Shown piece by piece: positions 48,901 through 56,318 of a stretch of DNA of 64,000 bases. Under the pieces are notes generated by a model. That model was given only the letters and a program-made list of their open reading frames with translations. It ran no database searches and was not told the origin of the DNA. A program made the position numbers and the translations under genes. How positions within the stretch are numbered: position 1 is the stretch's first letter; every line of letters begins with the position of its first letter. This stretch comes from Eubacteriales bacterium (GTDB lineage Bacteria; Bacillota; Clostridia; Oscillospirales; CAG-272), in the NCBI GenBank assembly GCA_045643945.1, contig JAZRGA010000066.1, forward strand, positions 677-64,676. Reading direction: 5' to 3'.

Positions 48901-50816
48901 TGCTCGACACTACCGTTATCAAGCACCTCATCCCGCTTTGCAAAGCTTGATGCCTTAACGGTGGGAGCGCTTAAATCCGCATAAAGTATATTCGAAGGTA
49001 AAACTACGTTCGGATATGCCGTTTTGTCGGATATTTCATCACTCATTCGAGTTATAATAATTCTCGGCTCGACCTCATCTCCCTCGGGAACGTCAAGCTT
49101 TACGCAATCCTTAAGAGGTATATCCTCAAAAATCAATACCCAGCCGCGTCGGTCAACTCCGTAAACATCCTTTTTTTCATACTCGGATATATCCGTCGCT
49201 CTTGCGCTTAGAGGAGAGCCGTCCGACCTTAAAATATTAAACTCTATCTCAACCTGCCTTGCCTCGTCCTCGGTAAGCTCCTCGTTTATATAAACGTAAG
49301 CCGTCATCGAACCAAGGGGACCGACAAGCATATCGTTTAGACTCGTTTTATTTATCTCCTCTTTATCCTCTCGCACCTCAACCACGTTGGTATTATAGAT
49401 TTCAACCTCCACCGCCTCAAAGGTGTTACTGATAAAGCTTTGATTTCCAAATGACCAGTTGGTTATACTCGATACGTTTATTCCGTTACCCGCATAATCA
49501 CAGATAGCCGTTGTGTTTTTTCCGCATCTCCAATAATTAAATGATGACATCGAAATAATTCTGTTATTATAATCGACTGTATCGTAAGCGCTTACATACA
49601 TTTCATCCGCAAGGTCAATAGCTCCGTGAGTCAAATATCTCCACTTATTATCAAAGCTCGCCCTTAATATTCGGTTAACTCTGAAATTTTTATAATTATA
49701 AAGACCGATATCTCCACGGAATATCCATTTTTCGCCCTCTCGCTTTTGCAAATAAAGTCGAACGGTATCTCTTTTGTTATTGGAAAGATCAAGAAGCTCA
49801 AGCTCTATCCAAATATTATCAAGGTCCTTGCTTACGTCATCACTTGCAAACCTCAGGCTTTCGTTAAAGGATACCTCAAGCAAGAGATCCGCCGTATTAT
49901 CTGCCCTCACCTCTCGCTTAAGCTCTATATGCTTAACCGATGGAGCGGTATCGTCGATAAGCGTAATATGGAAATCCGTCATTACGTTATTTACCAAGCT
50001 CGAATTGTTGTCGGCATTGAAATAAATTATCGTCCACGTATCCAAATCGCTAAGCGGAAACTTTACCGTTAGCCTTTGCGGCTCTCCGTCAGTAACTCGT
50101 CCGCTTGCAGTTGCCGAATTACTTCCGTCGCCCGACACGCTTATCGAGCCTCTACCCGATAAAAGCGTTGCTCCGACCTGAACGTATATTTGATCGGCTC
50201 TAAGTCCCAACGAATTACTTAAATATCCCGAAAGGATATCCTTAAATTCGCCGTTTCCGTCCGTATCCTGCCAATCGTCCAAAAGCCTTGTGCTTATTCC
50301 TCCGTTTGTTACAGTAAGCTCGGAATGAAGCATTTGTGAGCCCTCGGCAAGAATTCCCGATCGCCCCTCTCTAAAGGGTAAATCGTTTTTAACGGTCATA
50401 TCATCATTGTGGTCTATCCATACCGTATAGTCAAACCACGGCGCTATTGAAGCTGTGTAATATGGACTTTGATTTTCAAGCTTATAATTATGAGTGCCGT
50501 ACGCTCCAAAGAAATCTGCGCTTAAGCTTTCGTAATTATCCGAGTTATATATCGGATAGGTGTCAACCGATATATCCACGTCGTACGGATTTTTGCTAAC
50601 CGTCGGAATTTTAATATCATCAAGTGACGTCGGGGGCTTCACCTCGTTTTCCCGAAGCTCACCGCTCTCGCCACCACTGTCCGCAAAAATCTCTGCAGCA
50701 GAGCTTACAGGCATTATCGACATATTAAATAGCATCGTCAGCGCAAGCGTCGATGATAAAAATATCTTGAAAAATCCTTTCAACCGATTTTCGCGGCTTT
50801 TTTTCATACTTATCAT
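42978..50816 (-). CDS. Giant secreted/surface protein, 2612 aa, with no recognisable C-terminal anchor
   Basis: Signal peptide FKIFLSSTLALTMLFNMSIMPVSSAAE. Repeated D-x-x-A/G-P-x-V/I/L domain-start motifs (DDTAPSVK, DLSAPTVK, DGAAPTVK, DKNAPELQ, DTVGPEII). Ends ...YFKIIIVAA with no TM helix plus basic tail. ACGGAGG SD. Confidence 0.9.
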   Translation of the reverse strand: MISMKKSRENRLKGFFKIFLSSTLALTMLFNMSIMPVSSAAEIFADSGGESGELRENEVKPPTSLDDIKIPTVSKNPYDVDISVDTYPIYNSDNYESLSADFFGAYGTHNYKLENQSPYYTASIAPWFDYTVWIDHNDDMTVKNDLPFREGRSGILAEGSQMLHSELTVTNGGISTRLLDDWQDTDGNGEFKDILSGYLSNSLGLRADQIYVQVGATLLSGRGSISVSGDGSNSATASGRVTDGEPQRLTVKFPLSDLDTWTIIYFNADNNSSLVNNVMTDFHITLIDDTAPSVKHIELKREVRADNTADLLLEVSFNESLRFASDDVSKDLDNIWIELELLDLSNNKRDTVRLYLQKREGEKWIFRGDIGLYNYKNFRVNRILRASFDNKWRYLTHGAIDLADEMYVSAYDTVDYNNRIISMSSFNYWRCGKNTTAICDYAGNGINVSSITNWSFGNQSFISNTFEAVEVEIYNTNVVEVREDKEEINKTSLNDMLVGPLGSMTAYVYINEELTEDEARQVEIEFNILRSDGSPLSARATDISEYEKKDVYGVDRRGWVLIFEDIPLKDCVKLDVPEGDEVEPRIIITRMSDEISDKTAYPNVVLPSNILYADLSAPTVKASSFAKRDEVLDNGSVEHYISLLVSACDVENYKTVAGMLGTKVALSLGGGIVGKASVKYLLSDSATPPESKSGYTGAFELCENQSVPVGVYSIANKATDKYLHLYINGENIYIDDLYLSVNACDTVGNSTDTEAPRVIDYFIDGAAPTVKFISQEMKAVDNNTKIDVDLSINALDDSKITRILYCVGASVENAEWQVLEFTSGEDITEKISLHYGGNGEEFDKVYNDTVWVKAFDEYGNESEPISKSISVSLEKPMTEVKYEGDLNKVSTNHKITVTGPRVSHAGVDGYTRVTLTPDGSDYSYVTVVKSGEAFNVLGFEGLSWYRVRLGVDKYIEVSAPELVNEGYTLNSESVLYELFKYYGELRVSFENGYRDMTPRASQYFYEAADIGSYSKDSTYYVVRYASPYDTEKTVYSVDFGEIVDKDGAVVVANADKGSAPYKFNATSKGVSPMRKTQIHYSITNMRRADFGLLDFDFASSYAELIWTGESGNEQITVARQSGLFASNSQFFTVGNLTDSGEYYKTGAYYLKVTVISNSGAIDVYESSRLVLDATVADNAGLWSYSYQTKADITAVDEEKGYSWVKHEAEDKPYSSVGISVTVGGEKMRSNVFALYSYGVSGFSMSLRLPDSEKVYEGIKVGTLEGFKFWNMLSEPTAKEINDQGFIKNYEDCLIYLTGTDDIYDAQNIPKGIDGFKDLYLVKGVNTICYQVKLSNGYVSPIRQFTIIVTDYSPELNIAIDDYRPSHKVSQQDGMINAHSIRFFVESAYSMNGSGNVRVDIWSNYGINVGQYDGNTLTERMYYPNADRLEVIKSGLRVEDFADLTQNSYTSDFPKYHELCTAVFVATDEYGGVTIVAPQIGDHKRYEVWGGEAYEYVYNIDYYGNYFDDPYVVGDSFLSWRIAYNQPKYFGKNLLSFENYLYENTEDGDSLSETLMISNTELKYNLFNIVTNDIYWGGTSQNYSQYSTSATVDYEDGNNFELIRWEDATITFSGGDLGNNAYTVKLQGEENSIGYCGAYIGERGFSFSVANPRATAENPAGTRAVRSFTIECYNIFGDKYSSTGTVELYYTDYIVKSVNMTENGAVLSLSFRNFDYTSTIEMGIFENGNYRILVRDAYGKNIRLDYSITESKDPTTRISLSTVKDTSMPVTVLLSRSDGRPIFVDINDYAIMSVESNNTSSVSVTVNKNTRFSYRYIDSEGYEVMHYITVDNILEPAPYLAWSYDTEEYNVDENGEKYRYGSVTVYLTDNNFALTDKYTGKMPSFTFVPGGDSTYIFKKEDIAALLGNESIGLDSDIAVSLDIKLYEPPTLFEEKGEDLETPNVQILAFSNLNGVYSDEKLSVRVENARNSNALNNYSGYRVFEYLGNRADMTKALDSLGWSTSYRFIIETVDMSRVRIFIKRGLYAEAPDYETGVSDVIDGVTVNSRLLTVSEKAEFSLFVVDASNNSTSIAFKVDNVGAAPSPRVVKVPIGNDSVKAYILMPEVAEHYEFLGTEIVKIESDIGSAYYGKPYVEYSSNDEYSVMYKLIYNGEEIISSVDISVSEIFIKEMALKGDGVEWSANNAFEATNKDVTAVIYFTEDVKNIFVQSIYDETAVSFAVTGNVVTVTYSDNHSEIILEGVAENGSSATVKLGAVSVIDKNAPELQIVSRRLAKNGRSVEITVESNERVITKVGGYATEERYGKYYYTATYTENREYSLEFVDMTGLSSGITFEITEIVTEELSVKYSLSPDGTDFIDDVASLQIGIGDSIFVKPNRRVSAELSGGISLELSANEWNEITVPEIYGGIQPYIVMTDEYGNVLTHQFSKINIPDTVGPEIIVDKKIISIREKTDREAIENELMNNFAAFDAESTELTLSVRFTENTDEIGLSTVEYMATDEAGNSTVVEGKLRIVSFYEPFVEYGDKRLSRDEGIVVTAGKELLLSVDCQGLYYKAILKSGDNTVAQMKNGALTLCDYTLDKSLSIGALEAGLYTLYVVNQNRDYFKIIIVAA

Positions 50817-50870
50817 ATTGATACCTCCGTATGAACTTTTTTACATTTATTATATATTAAATATTATGCA

Positions 50871-51224
50871 TTATTTTTTATGATTTGAGCGACATTTGCA
50901 TATGCCGAGCAATTCCTCGCACTTCTCATAATAAGCGCATTGAAAGCAATTAGAATCCTCACCGCTTTCCCCCTTGTAATACCTGCACGCCGTCTGCATA
51001 GCCGTTACAAACGGAATACCTTTATCGGTATAAACGGGATTATTAATAAAGCTTGGATATATTTCCATAGGGTCGCACAAAGGATTTAATCTGTCTATCT
51101 CCTCATAATATCCGTAATATATCTCAAAGCTCTTGCCGTAAGCCGTTATCACCTTGTAAAGCTCGCCCTCCTTATGCTTTGACTTGCTTGGGGGTGACGC
51201 GCTTTCGAAAATATCATCAAACAT
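50871..51224 (-). CDS. Small Cys-rich hypothetical protein, 117 aa, first gene of the giant-ORF operon
   Basis: AAAGGAG SD 6 nt before the ATG. C-terminal cluster NCFQCAYYEKCEELLGICKC. Lies 54 nt upstream of the 2612-aa ORF on the same strand. Confidence 0.7.
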   Translation of the reverse strand: MFDDIFESASPPSKSKHKEGELYKVITAYGKSFEIYYGYYEEIDRLNPLCDPMEIYPSFINNPVYTDKGIPFVTAMQTACRYYKGESGEDSNCFQCAYYEKCEELLGICKCRSNHKK

Positions 51225-51275
51225 AATCGACTCCTTTCACAAAAATAAAAATCTGCCATAAGTTATTACTCTAAC

Positions 51276-51284
51276 ATTATAGCA
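51276..51284 (-). promoter_or_regulatory. Candidate extended -10 promoter element (TGCTATAAT) for the small Cys-rich gene and giant ORFs
   Basis: Minus strand reads TGCTATAAT (51284..51276), about 50 nt upstream of the ATG at 51224. The -35 is poor (TATACA). Confidence 0.4.
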
Positions 51285-51365
51285 GATTAATTTCAATTTG
51301 TATAGAAAATAAATTCATTATTTTTTGCATTATTTATTGCAAAAAAATTTTAAAAAATTTGCATT

Positions 51366-52589
51366 TTAAAGAATAAGCGCAAGCTCCTTTTTGCTCGTTA
51401 AGCCATACTTATTAACTATTCTCAAAATATCGTGATTTACCGTCGACTCGGAAAGATGTAGCATTGCGGCTATCTGCTTTGCGGTAAAGTTGAATGCGGT
51501 AAGCTTTGCTATCTCTCTGTCCTTAGATTCAAGGTCTATCGCAACATATTTATCCTTAACCTGACCCGAAAGCCTTGCCCAACCTACGTTATATACGTTA
51601 TTCAAGGATTTTACCGCAACAAGCGCATTCTTATCTTGAATGGATATTCTTTGCTCCAAAAGCTCTCCGAAATGACGGATATACTCGGCAAGAAATCCGT
51701 ACATACCGTCGGCAAGCGCAAGCGATATCGCCTTATCCATATGCATTATTGCTCTTTCCTTAGCCCCCGAATAATACCAAGCAACGGCGCAGGACATACG
51801 CAAATACATTTCAGGGAGAATGGTTTTGTCAATGACCGCCTGAGATATCATCGGCTCTATGGTGTTCGGAAGCATACGCATAAGCGCAAGCCCCTCAATG
51901 CCCTCAAGCTTAAATTGCTTAGTAGCTATCGCATATGCCGACATATATAAATATTTAATGTAAAAAACCTTTGCGGCAGGGTGTGCGTCGGGTGGGAGAG
52001 CCTCAAAGCTGCCTATTTTAAACCATTCGGGGTAGCTCTTATTATCATAAATCGAGCTATCAATTATCGCAAGCGCTAAGGACACAAGCTCACGGTCATG
52101 CTCGTCCTTACACGGCGCTTCGCATATATGGTGCTTTGCCTCCTTCCAAAGAAAGATATCCCCTCTCCATATAGCGCACTGAGCCAGAAGCATTCCTCCG
52201 CCCAAAACCGCATAAAATCCCGAATGTGAGTTTAAAAAATATCTCGCCTGCTCGTAAACCTTTTCGATTTCGCCCCGTCTGAATGCTATTTGCGCCTCAA
52301 ACAATGCGTGAGCCTCGGGTTGATTTATAAGCATCTCCGCACACTCATCTGCTCCGCCCGCCTTATTATAAAGATTTGTCATATCAAGAAATGGCGACTT
52401 TCTCGGCATAGGTAGCCGTGGCTCGTCCTTCGTTCTTCTTGCATTGGGAAGAACTGCGGTAGCGGGAATTTTCCATACTCGCCCAAACCTTACAGCTCCT
52501 TTAATTCTCTCCTCGTTGCAAAGCATCTGCACTCTGCGAGGACTAACGTCCCATTTTTTTGCCGCCTCGTTAACAGTAATATATTCCAT
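51366..52589 (-). CDS. Transcriptional regulator: N-terminal MerR/excisionase-type HTH, a helical-repeat middle and a C-terminal LuxR/GerE-type HTH
   Basis: N-terminus YITVNEAAKKWDVSPRRVQMLCNEERIKGAVRFGRVWKIP. C-terminus REIAKLTAFNFTAKQIAAMLHLSESTVNHDILRIVNKYGLTSKKEL. Confidence 0.8.
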   Translation of the reverse strand: MEYITVNEAAKKWDVSPRRVQMLCNEERIKGAVRFGRVWKIPATAVLPNARRTKDEPRLPMPRKSPFLDMTNLYNKAGGADECAEMLINQPEAHALFEAQIAFRRGEIEKVYEQARYFLNSHSGFYAVLGGGMLLAQCAIWRGDIFLWKEAKHHICEAPCKDEHDRELVSLALAIIDSSIYDNKSYPEWFKIGSFEALPPDAHPAAKVFYIKYLYMSAYAIATKQFKLEGIEGLALMRMLPNTIEPMISQAVIDKTILPEMYLRMSCAVAWYYSGAKERAIMHMDKAISLALADGMYGFLAEYIRHFGELLEQRISIQDKNALVAVKSLNNVYNVGWARLSGQVKDKYVAIDLESKDREIAKLTAFNFTAKQIAAMLHLSESTVNHDILRIVNKYGLTSKKELALIL

Positions 52590-52620
52590 AGCCTCTCCGT
52601 TATTTTTTTAAGTTTAATCG

Positions 52621-52685
52621 TTTTTTACTCAAAACTTCGTTTATGCGAAATGTTTTTTACTATGTTTTCTTCGCTTATGCGAAAT
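52621..52685 (-). promoter_or_regulatory. Two direct repeats, each containing a palindrome, in the regulator's 5' leader (candidate operators)
   Basis: TTTTTTACT-N5-CTTCGTTTATGCGAAAT (52621..52651) and TTTTTTACT-N7-CTTCGCTTATGCGAAAT (52653..52685). The core is CTTCGC-TTAT-GCGAA. They lie between the predicted -10 and the ATG at 52589. Confidence 0.45.
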
Positions 52686-52695
52686 TTACCTATTA

Positions 52696-52724
52696 ATTAT
52701 ACACCTATTTTTTACTTTTGTCAA
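52696..52724 (-). promoter_or_regulatory. Sigma-A type promoter of the HTH/LuxR regulator
   Basis: Minus strand reads TTGACA (52724..52719), 17 nt, TATAAT (52701..52696). Confidence 0.6.
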
Positions 52725-52733
52725 TAAAACGGC

Positions 52734-52778
52734 AAAAAAGAGCAGACGTTCAAGATAAAAAATCTTGTTAGTCCGCTC
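52734..52778 (-). terminator. Rho-independent terminator after pdxK
   Basis: Minus strand reads GAGCGGAC...CAAGAT-TTTTT-ATCTTG...GTCTGCTC followed by T6. Confidence 0.65.
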
Positions 52779-52818
52779 CTTTAAATTCGGTAATAAAATG
52801 TTTTTTCGATACTTCTTA

Positions 52819-53649
52819 TCAATCGAGCATATCAATAAGCTCACGAAGAACAGGCTCAAACTTTGCGCCGTACCAATGCTCCGAGTCGCCCTGAGTGTTG
52901 ATAATGCACTTAACAGTATAATCTGCCGCTATTTTTGCCGCATCGTAAACGCTCTTATCGTTCATCAGTGCGCCTACAAATGCCGACGCATAGATATCTC
53001 CCGTTCCGTGGCTACCCTTGGCAATTTTATCGTGCGCATAGTATTCGATTTTTCCGTTCTCATAAACCACTACACCTGTTTTCTTAGGCTCATAGCTTAC
53101 TCCCGTAAGAACAACGGTTTTAGCTCCGAGAGCCGCAAGCTTCTCAACAAGAGTCTTAATATACGCCTCATCGTAGCTTTCACTGTACGCCTCACCCGTA
53201 AGAAAGCAAGCCTCGGTTATATTGGGAACTAAAATATCCGCCTCACCGCACAAAACACGCATAGCGTCAACGTATTCCTGATTAAATATCGAATAAAGCT
53301 GACCGTTATCCGCCATTGCAGGGTCGACTACTCGCACGCAGTCCTCTGTTCCCATGGTTTTAAGAATATCCCTAACGTAGCCAACCTGCTTAATGCTTCC
53401 AAGATATCCCGTATAAATAGCCTTAAACTTGATATTTTCCTTTTTCCAATGCTCTTGAATAGCGGGCATATCGTCTGTTAAATCCCTAAAGGTAAATCCG
53501 CTAAATCCCGCCGTATGCGTTGAAAGAACGGCAGACGGAAGAATACAGGTTTCAAGACCGCACGCCGAAAGAATTGGAAGCGCAACGGTAAGCGAGCATT
53601 GACCTACGCAGGAAATATCCTGAATGGTAAGAATTTTTTTATAAGACAT
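52819..53649 (-). CDS. pdxK: Pyridoxal/pyridoxamine kinase
   Basis: ILTIQDISCVGQCSLTVALPILSACG, DPAMADNG, and the C-terminal GTGDIYASAF ribokinase-family motif. Confidence 0.85.
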   Translation of the reverse strand: MSYKKILTIQDISCVGQCSLTVALPILSACGLETCILPSAVLSTHTAGFSGFTFRDLTDDMPAIQEHWKKENIKFKAIYTGYLGSIKQVGYVRDILKTMGTEDCVRVVDPAMADNGQLYSIFNQEYVDAMRVLCGEADILVPNITEACFLTGEAYSESYDEAYIKTLVEKLAALGAKTVVLTGVSYEPKKTGVVVYENGKIEYYAHDKIAKGSHGTGDIYASAFVGALMNDKSVYDAAKIAADYTVKCIINTQGDSEHWYGAKFEPVLRELIDMLD

Positions 53650-53741
53650 TTTAATATTCTCCTTGCATTTTTTATGAATTTATTATATAATATTTTTGTA
53701 GATATTAAAATAGTCAGTTAAGGAGAAAATAATATATACAG

Positions 53742-54827
53742 ATGAAGTACATAATAGATAAAGAAAAGCGCCCCGTTTATCTGCAAATATACAATCAAAT
53801 ACGTGACGATATCGTAAACGAAATTTTACCGTTTAACGCTAAGCTCCCCTCAATTCGAGTTCTTGCCGAAGAAACAGAGGTCAGCACTATAACGGTGGAG
53901 CACGCCTATTCTCTGCTTTGCGACGAGGGATACATAGAACCAAAGCCGAGGAGCGGATTTATCGTCTGCTTTCGAAAAAAGGACGGCTTTGCTACCTCGG
54001 CAAGCGTTGTGCAAAGACACGTAACGGTATATCACGCAGAGCATAGCTATTCTGAGTTTCCGCTAACCGTGCTTAGCAAAACGATGCGCAGAGTTTTGAG
54101 TGAGCGAGGCGAGCTTCTGCTTGAAAAATCCCCAAATCTCGGCTGCGAGGAGCTTAGAGAGGCTATAAAAAGCTATCTTAGAAGAAACAGAGGAATAACC
54201 GTAGACTCGGAGCAGATAATTATAGGCTCAGGCTCGGAATATCTCTACGGTCTTATCGTCGAGCTACTCGGACGAACACGCGTTTTTGCAATCGAATCGC
54301 CATCGTACAAAAAAATCGAGCAGGTATATAAAGCGACCGAAATCACCTATGAGCTGCTCCCCTTGACTCAAGCGGGAATAGAAAGTAAGGCTCTTGCATT
54401 TACCTCTGCCGACGTCCTACATACAACACCGTACCGAAGCTACCCAAGCGGTGTCACGGCAACGGCATCAAAGCGTCACGAATATCTTCGTTGGGCAAGC
54501 AAGAAAAAGCGATACATAATAGAGGACGATTTTGAATCAGAATTTTCGGTTTCCTCAAAGCCCACCGAAACGCTTTTTTCGCTCTCAAAGCACGATAACG
54601 TAATTTATTTAAACACCTTTTCCAAAACCATATCCCCCTCTCTGCGCATAGGTTATATGGTTCTGCCCCGACATCTTGTATCGGTATATAAGGAAAAGCT
54701 TGGATTTTATTCCTGCACAGTTCCTACGTTTATGCAATACGTTTTAACGGAATTACTCAATAACGGCGATTTTGAAAGACATATCAACCGAATAAGAAGA
54801 AAAATAAGAAAGAATATATCTCAATAA
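53742..54827 (+). CDS. GntR/MocR-like regulator (PdxR-like), divergent from pdxK
   Basis: GntR wHTH PVYLQIYNQIRDDIV...KLPSIRVLAEETEVSTITVEHAYSLL, then an aminotransferase-like region. Shorter than typical MocR proteins. Confidence 0.7.
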   Translation: MKYIIDKEKRPVYLQIYNQIRDDIVNEILPFNAKLPSIRVLAEETEVSTITVEHAYSLLCDEGYIEPKPRSGFIVCFRKKDGFATSASVVQRHVTVYHAEHSYSEFPLTVLSKTMRRVLSERGELLLEKSPNLGCEELREAIKSYLRRNRGITVDSEQIIIGSGSEYLYGLIVELLGRTRVFAIESPSYKKIEQVYKATEITYELLPLTQAGIESKALAFTSADVLHTTPYRSYPSGVTATASKRHEYLRWASKKKRYIIEDDFESEFSVSSKPTETLFSLSKHDNVIYLNTFSKTISPSLRIGYMVLPRHLVSVYKEKLGFYSCTVPTFMQYVLTELLNNGDFERHINRIRRKIRKNISQ

Positions 54828-54848
54828 TATTTAAAAACCAAAAATCAA

Positions 54849-54885
54849 AGAGCAAGAGTAAAGGAAATTCCTCTATTCTTGCTCT
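54849..54885. terminator. Bidirectional terminator between pdxR-like and nfnB-like genes
   Basis: 9-bp stem AGAGCAAGA/TCTTGCTCT between the convergent gene ends. Confidence 0.6.
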
Positions 54886-54892
54886 GCTTATT

Positions 54893-56317
54893 TTATGATT
54901 TTTTTGACAAAATAGCCTTATCAATAGCTCTTGCCGCGGTCTTTCCCGCACCCATAGCCGAGATAACGGTAGCCGCGCCTGTCACGGCATCACCGCCCGC
55001 ATAAACCGAATTGCGAGAGGTAAGTCCATCCTCATCGACCACAATACCTCCCCGAGCATTGACCAAAAGCCCCTCGGTGGTGGATTTAATAAGCGGATTT
55101 GGCGACGTACCGATAGACATTATAACGGTATCAACGTCAAGTGTAAAGTCGCTGTCCGCAATCGCAACGGGGCGACGTCTGCCCTTTTCATCAGGCTCGC
55201 CAAGCTCCATTTTTACGCATTTAATTCCCGTAACAAATCCGTTCTTGGGATTTCTTGGGTCTGTTAAATCGTTATAGCCTAAAATTTCGGTAGGATTGCA
55301 AAGTAAACGAAATTCTACTCCCTCCTCCGCCGCATGCTCGACCTCCTCACGCCTTGCAGGAAGCTCGTCTATCGATCTTCTGTAAACTATATAAACCTTC
55401 TCCGCTCCAAGCCTGAGAGCCGTTCTTGCGGCATCCATAGCCACGTTTCCGCCTCCGACGACCGCAACTCTGCCGCCTCTCATAATCGGGGTATCCGAGG
55501 TAGTAAGATAAGCCTTCATCAAATTGCTTCTCGTGAGAAATTCATTAGCCGAATAAACTCCGCAAAGTCCCTCTCCGGGAATACCCATAAAATTGGGAAG
55601 TCCTGCTCCCGAGCCGATAAACACTGCTTCAAATCCGTCCTCAAACAGCTCGTCAACCGTAAGTGTTTTACCTATAATTACGTTAGTTTCTATCTTAACA
55701 CCAAGTCCTTTTAAAGTATCAACCTCCTTTGCAACGATGCTTTTTGGAAGTCTAAATTCGGGAATACCATAAACGAGAACTCCGCCCGCAGTATGAAGCG
55801 CTTCGAAAACCGTTACCTCATATCCCTTCTTTGCAAGATCTCCCGCGCAGGTAAGACCCGAGGGGCCCGAGCCTACAACCGCAACTCTGTGACCGTTGCT
55901 TTCGGGACGCTTTGGCTCATCTGTGCAAAATGTATTATGCCAATCGGCAACGAAGCGCTCGAGTCTGCCTATACCGACGCTTTCGCCCTTTATTCCTCTT
56001 ACGCATTTAGATTCGCACTGTACCTCCTGCGGACAAACTCTACCGCAAACGGCGGGAAGCGATGACGATTTTGAAATTATCTGATACGCCCCCTCAAAAT
56101 CCCCCTCTCTTATCCTTGCGATAAATTCGGGAATATGAATTTTAACGGGACAACCGCTAACGCAGGGCATATTTTTACAATTAAGACATCTCTGCGCCTC
56201 GTCAATAGCCTGCTCCTCTGTATATCCAAGAGCAACCTCGTCAAAGTTATGCGCGCGCACCTCCGCATCCTGAGTTGGCATAGCGTTTCTTGTGGGACTC
56301 ATATTGATTTTTGACAT
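54893..56317 (-). CDS. GltD-like NADPH oxidoreductase, large subunit (NfnB/SudA/homotetrameric GltA type)
   Basis: CLNCKNMPCVSGCPV and CGRVCPQEVQCESKC Fe-S motifs. Two dinucleotide folds (VAVVGSGPSGL, VAVVGGGNVAMD). The ATG at 56317 follows a G-rich SD and sits 1 nt after the upstream stop. Confidence 0.85.
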   Translation of the reverse strand: MSKINMSPTRNAMPTQDAEVRAHNFDEVALGYTEEQAIDEAQRCLNCKNMPCVSGCPVKIHIPEFIARIREGDFEGAYQIISKSSSLPAVCGRVCPQEVQCESKCVRGIKGESVGIGRLERFVADWHNTFCTDEPKRPESNGHRVAVVGSGPSGLTCAGDLAKKGYEVTVFEALHTAGGVLVYGIPEFRLPKSIVAKEVDTLKGLGVKIETNVIIGKTLTVDELFEDGFEAVFIGSGAGLPNFMGIPGEGLCGVYSANEFLTRSNLMKAYLTTSDTPIMRGGRVAVVGGGNVAMDAARTALRLGAEKVYIVYRRSIDELPARREEVEHAAEEGVEFRLLCNPTEILGYNDLTDPRNPKNGFVTGIKCVKMELGEPDEKGRRRPVAIADSDFTLDVDTVIMSIGTSPNPLIKSTTEGLLVNARGGIVVDEDGLTSRNSVYAGGDAVTGAATVISAMGAGKTAARAIDKAILSKKS

Positions 56318-56318
56318 A

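Noticed and set aside
27923-50816. Diversity-generating retroelement or other hypervariation system acting on the giant surface genes
   Set aside because: There is no reverse transcriptase ORF, and no template/variable repeat pair was noticed. I found only in-frame tandem coding repeats.
31209-50883. Numerous 60-240 aa plus-strand ORFs inside the three giant genes
   Set aside because: All are antisense to long continuous minus-strand ORFs that have signal peptides and SDs. They lack SDs and recognisable motifs.
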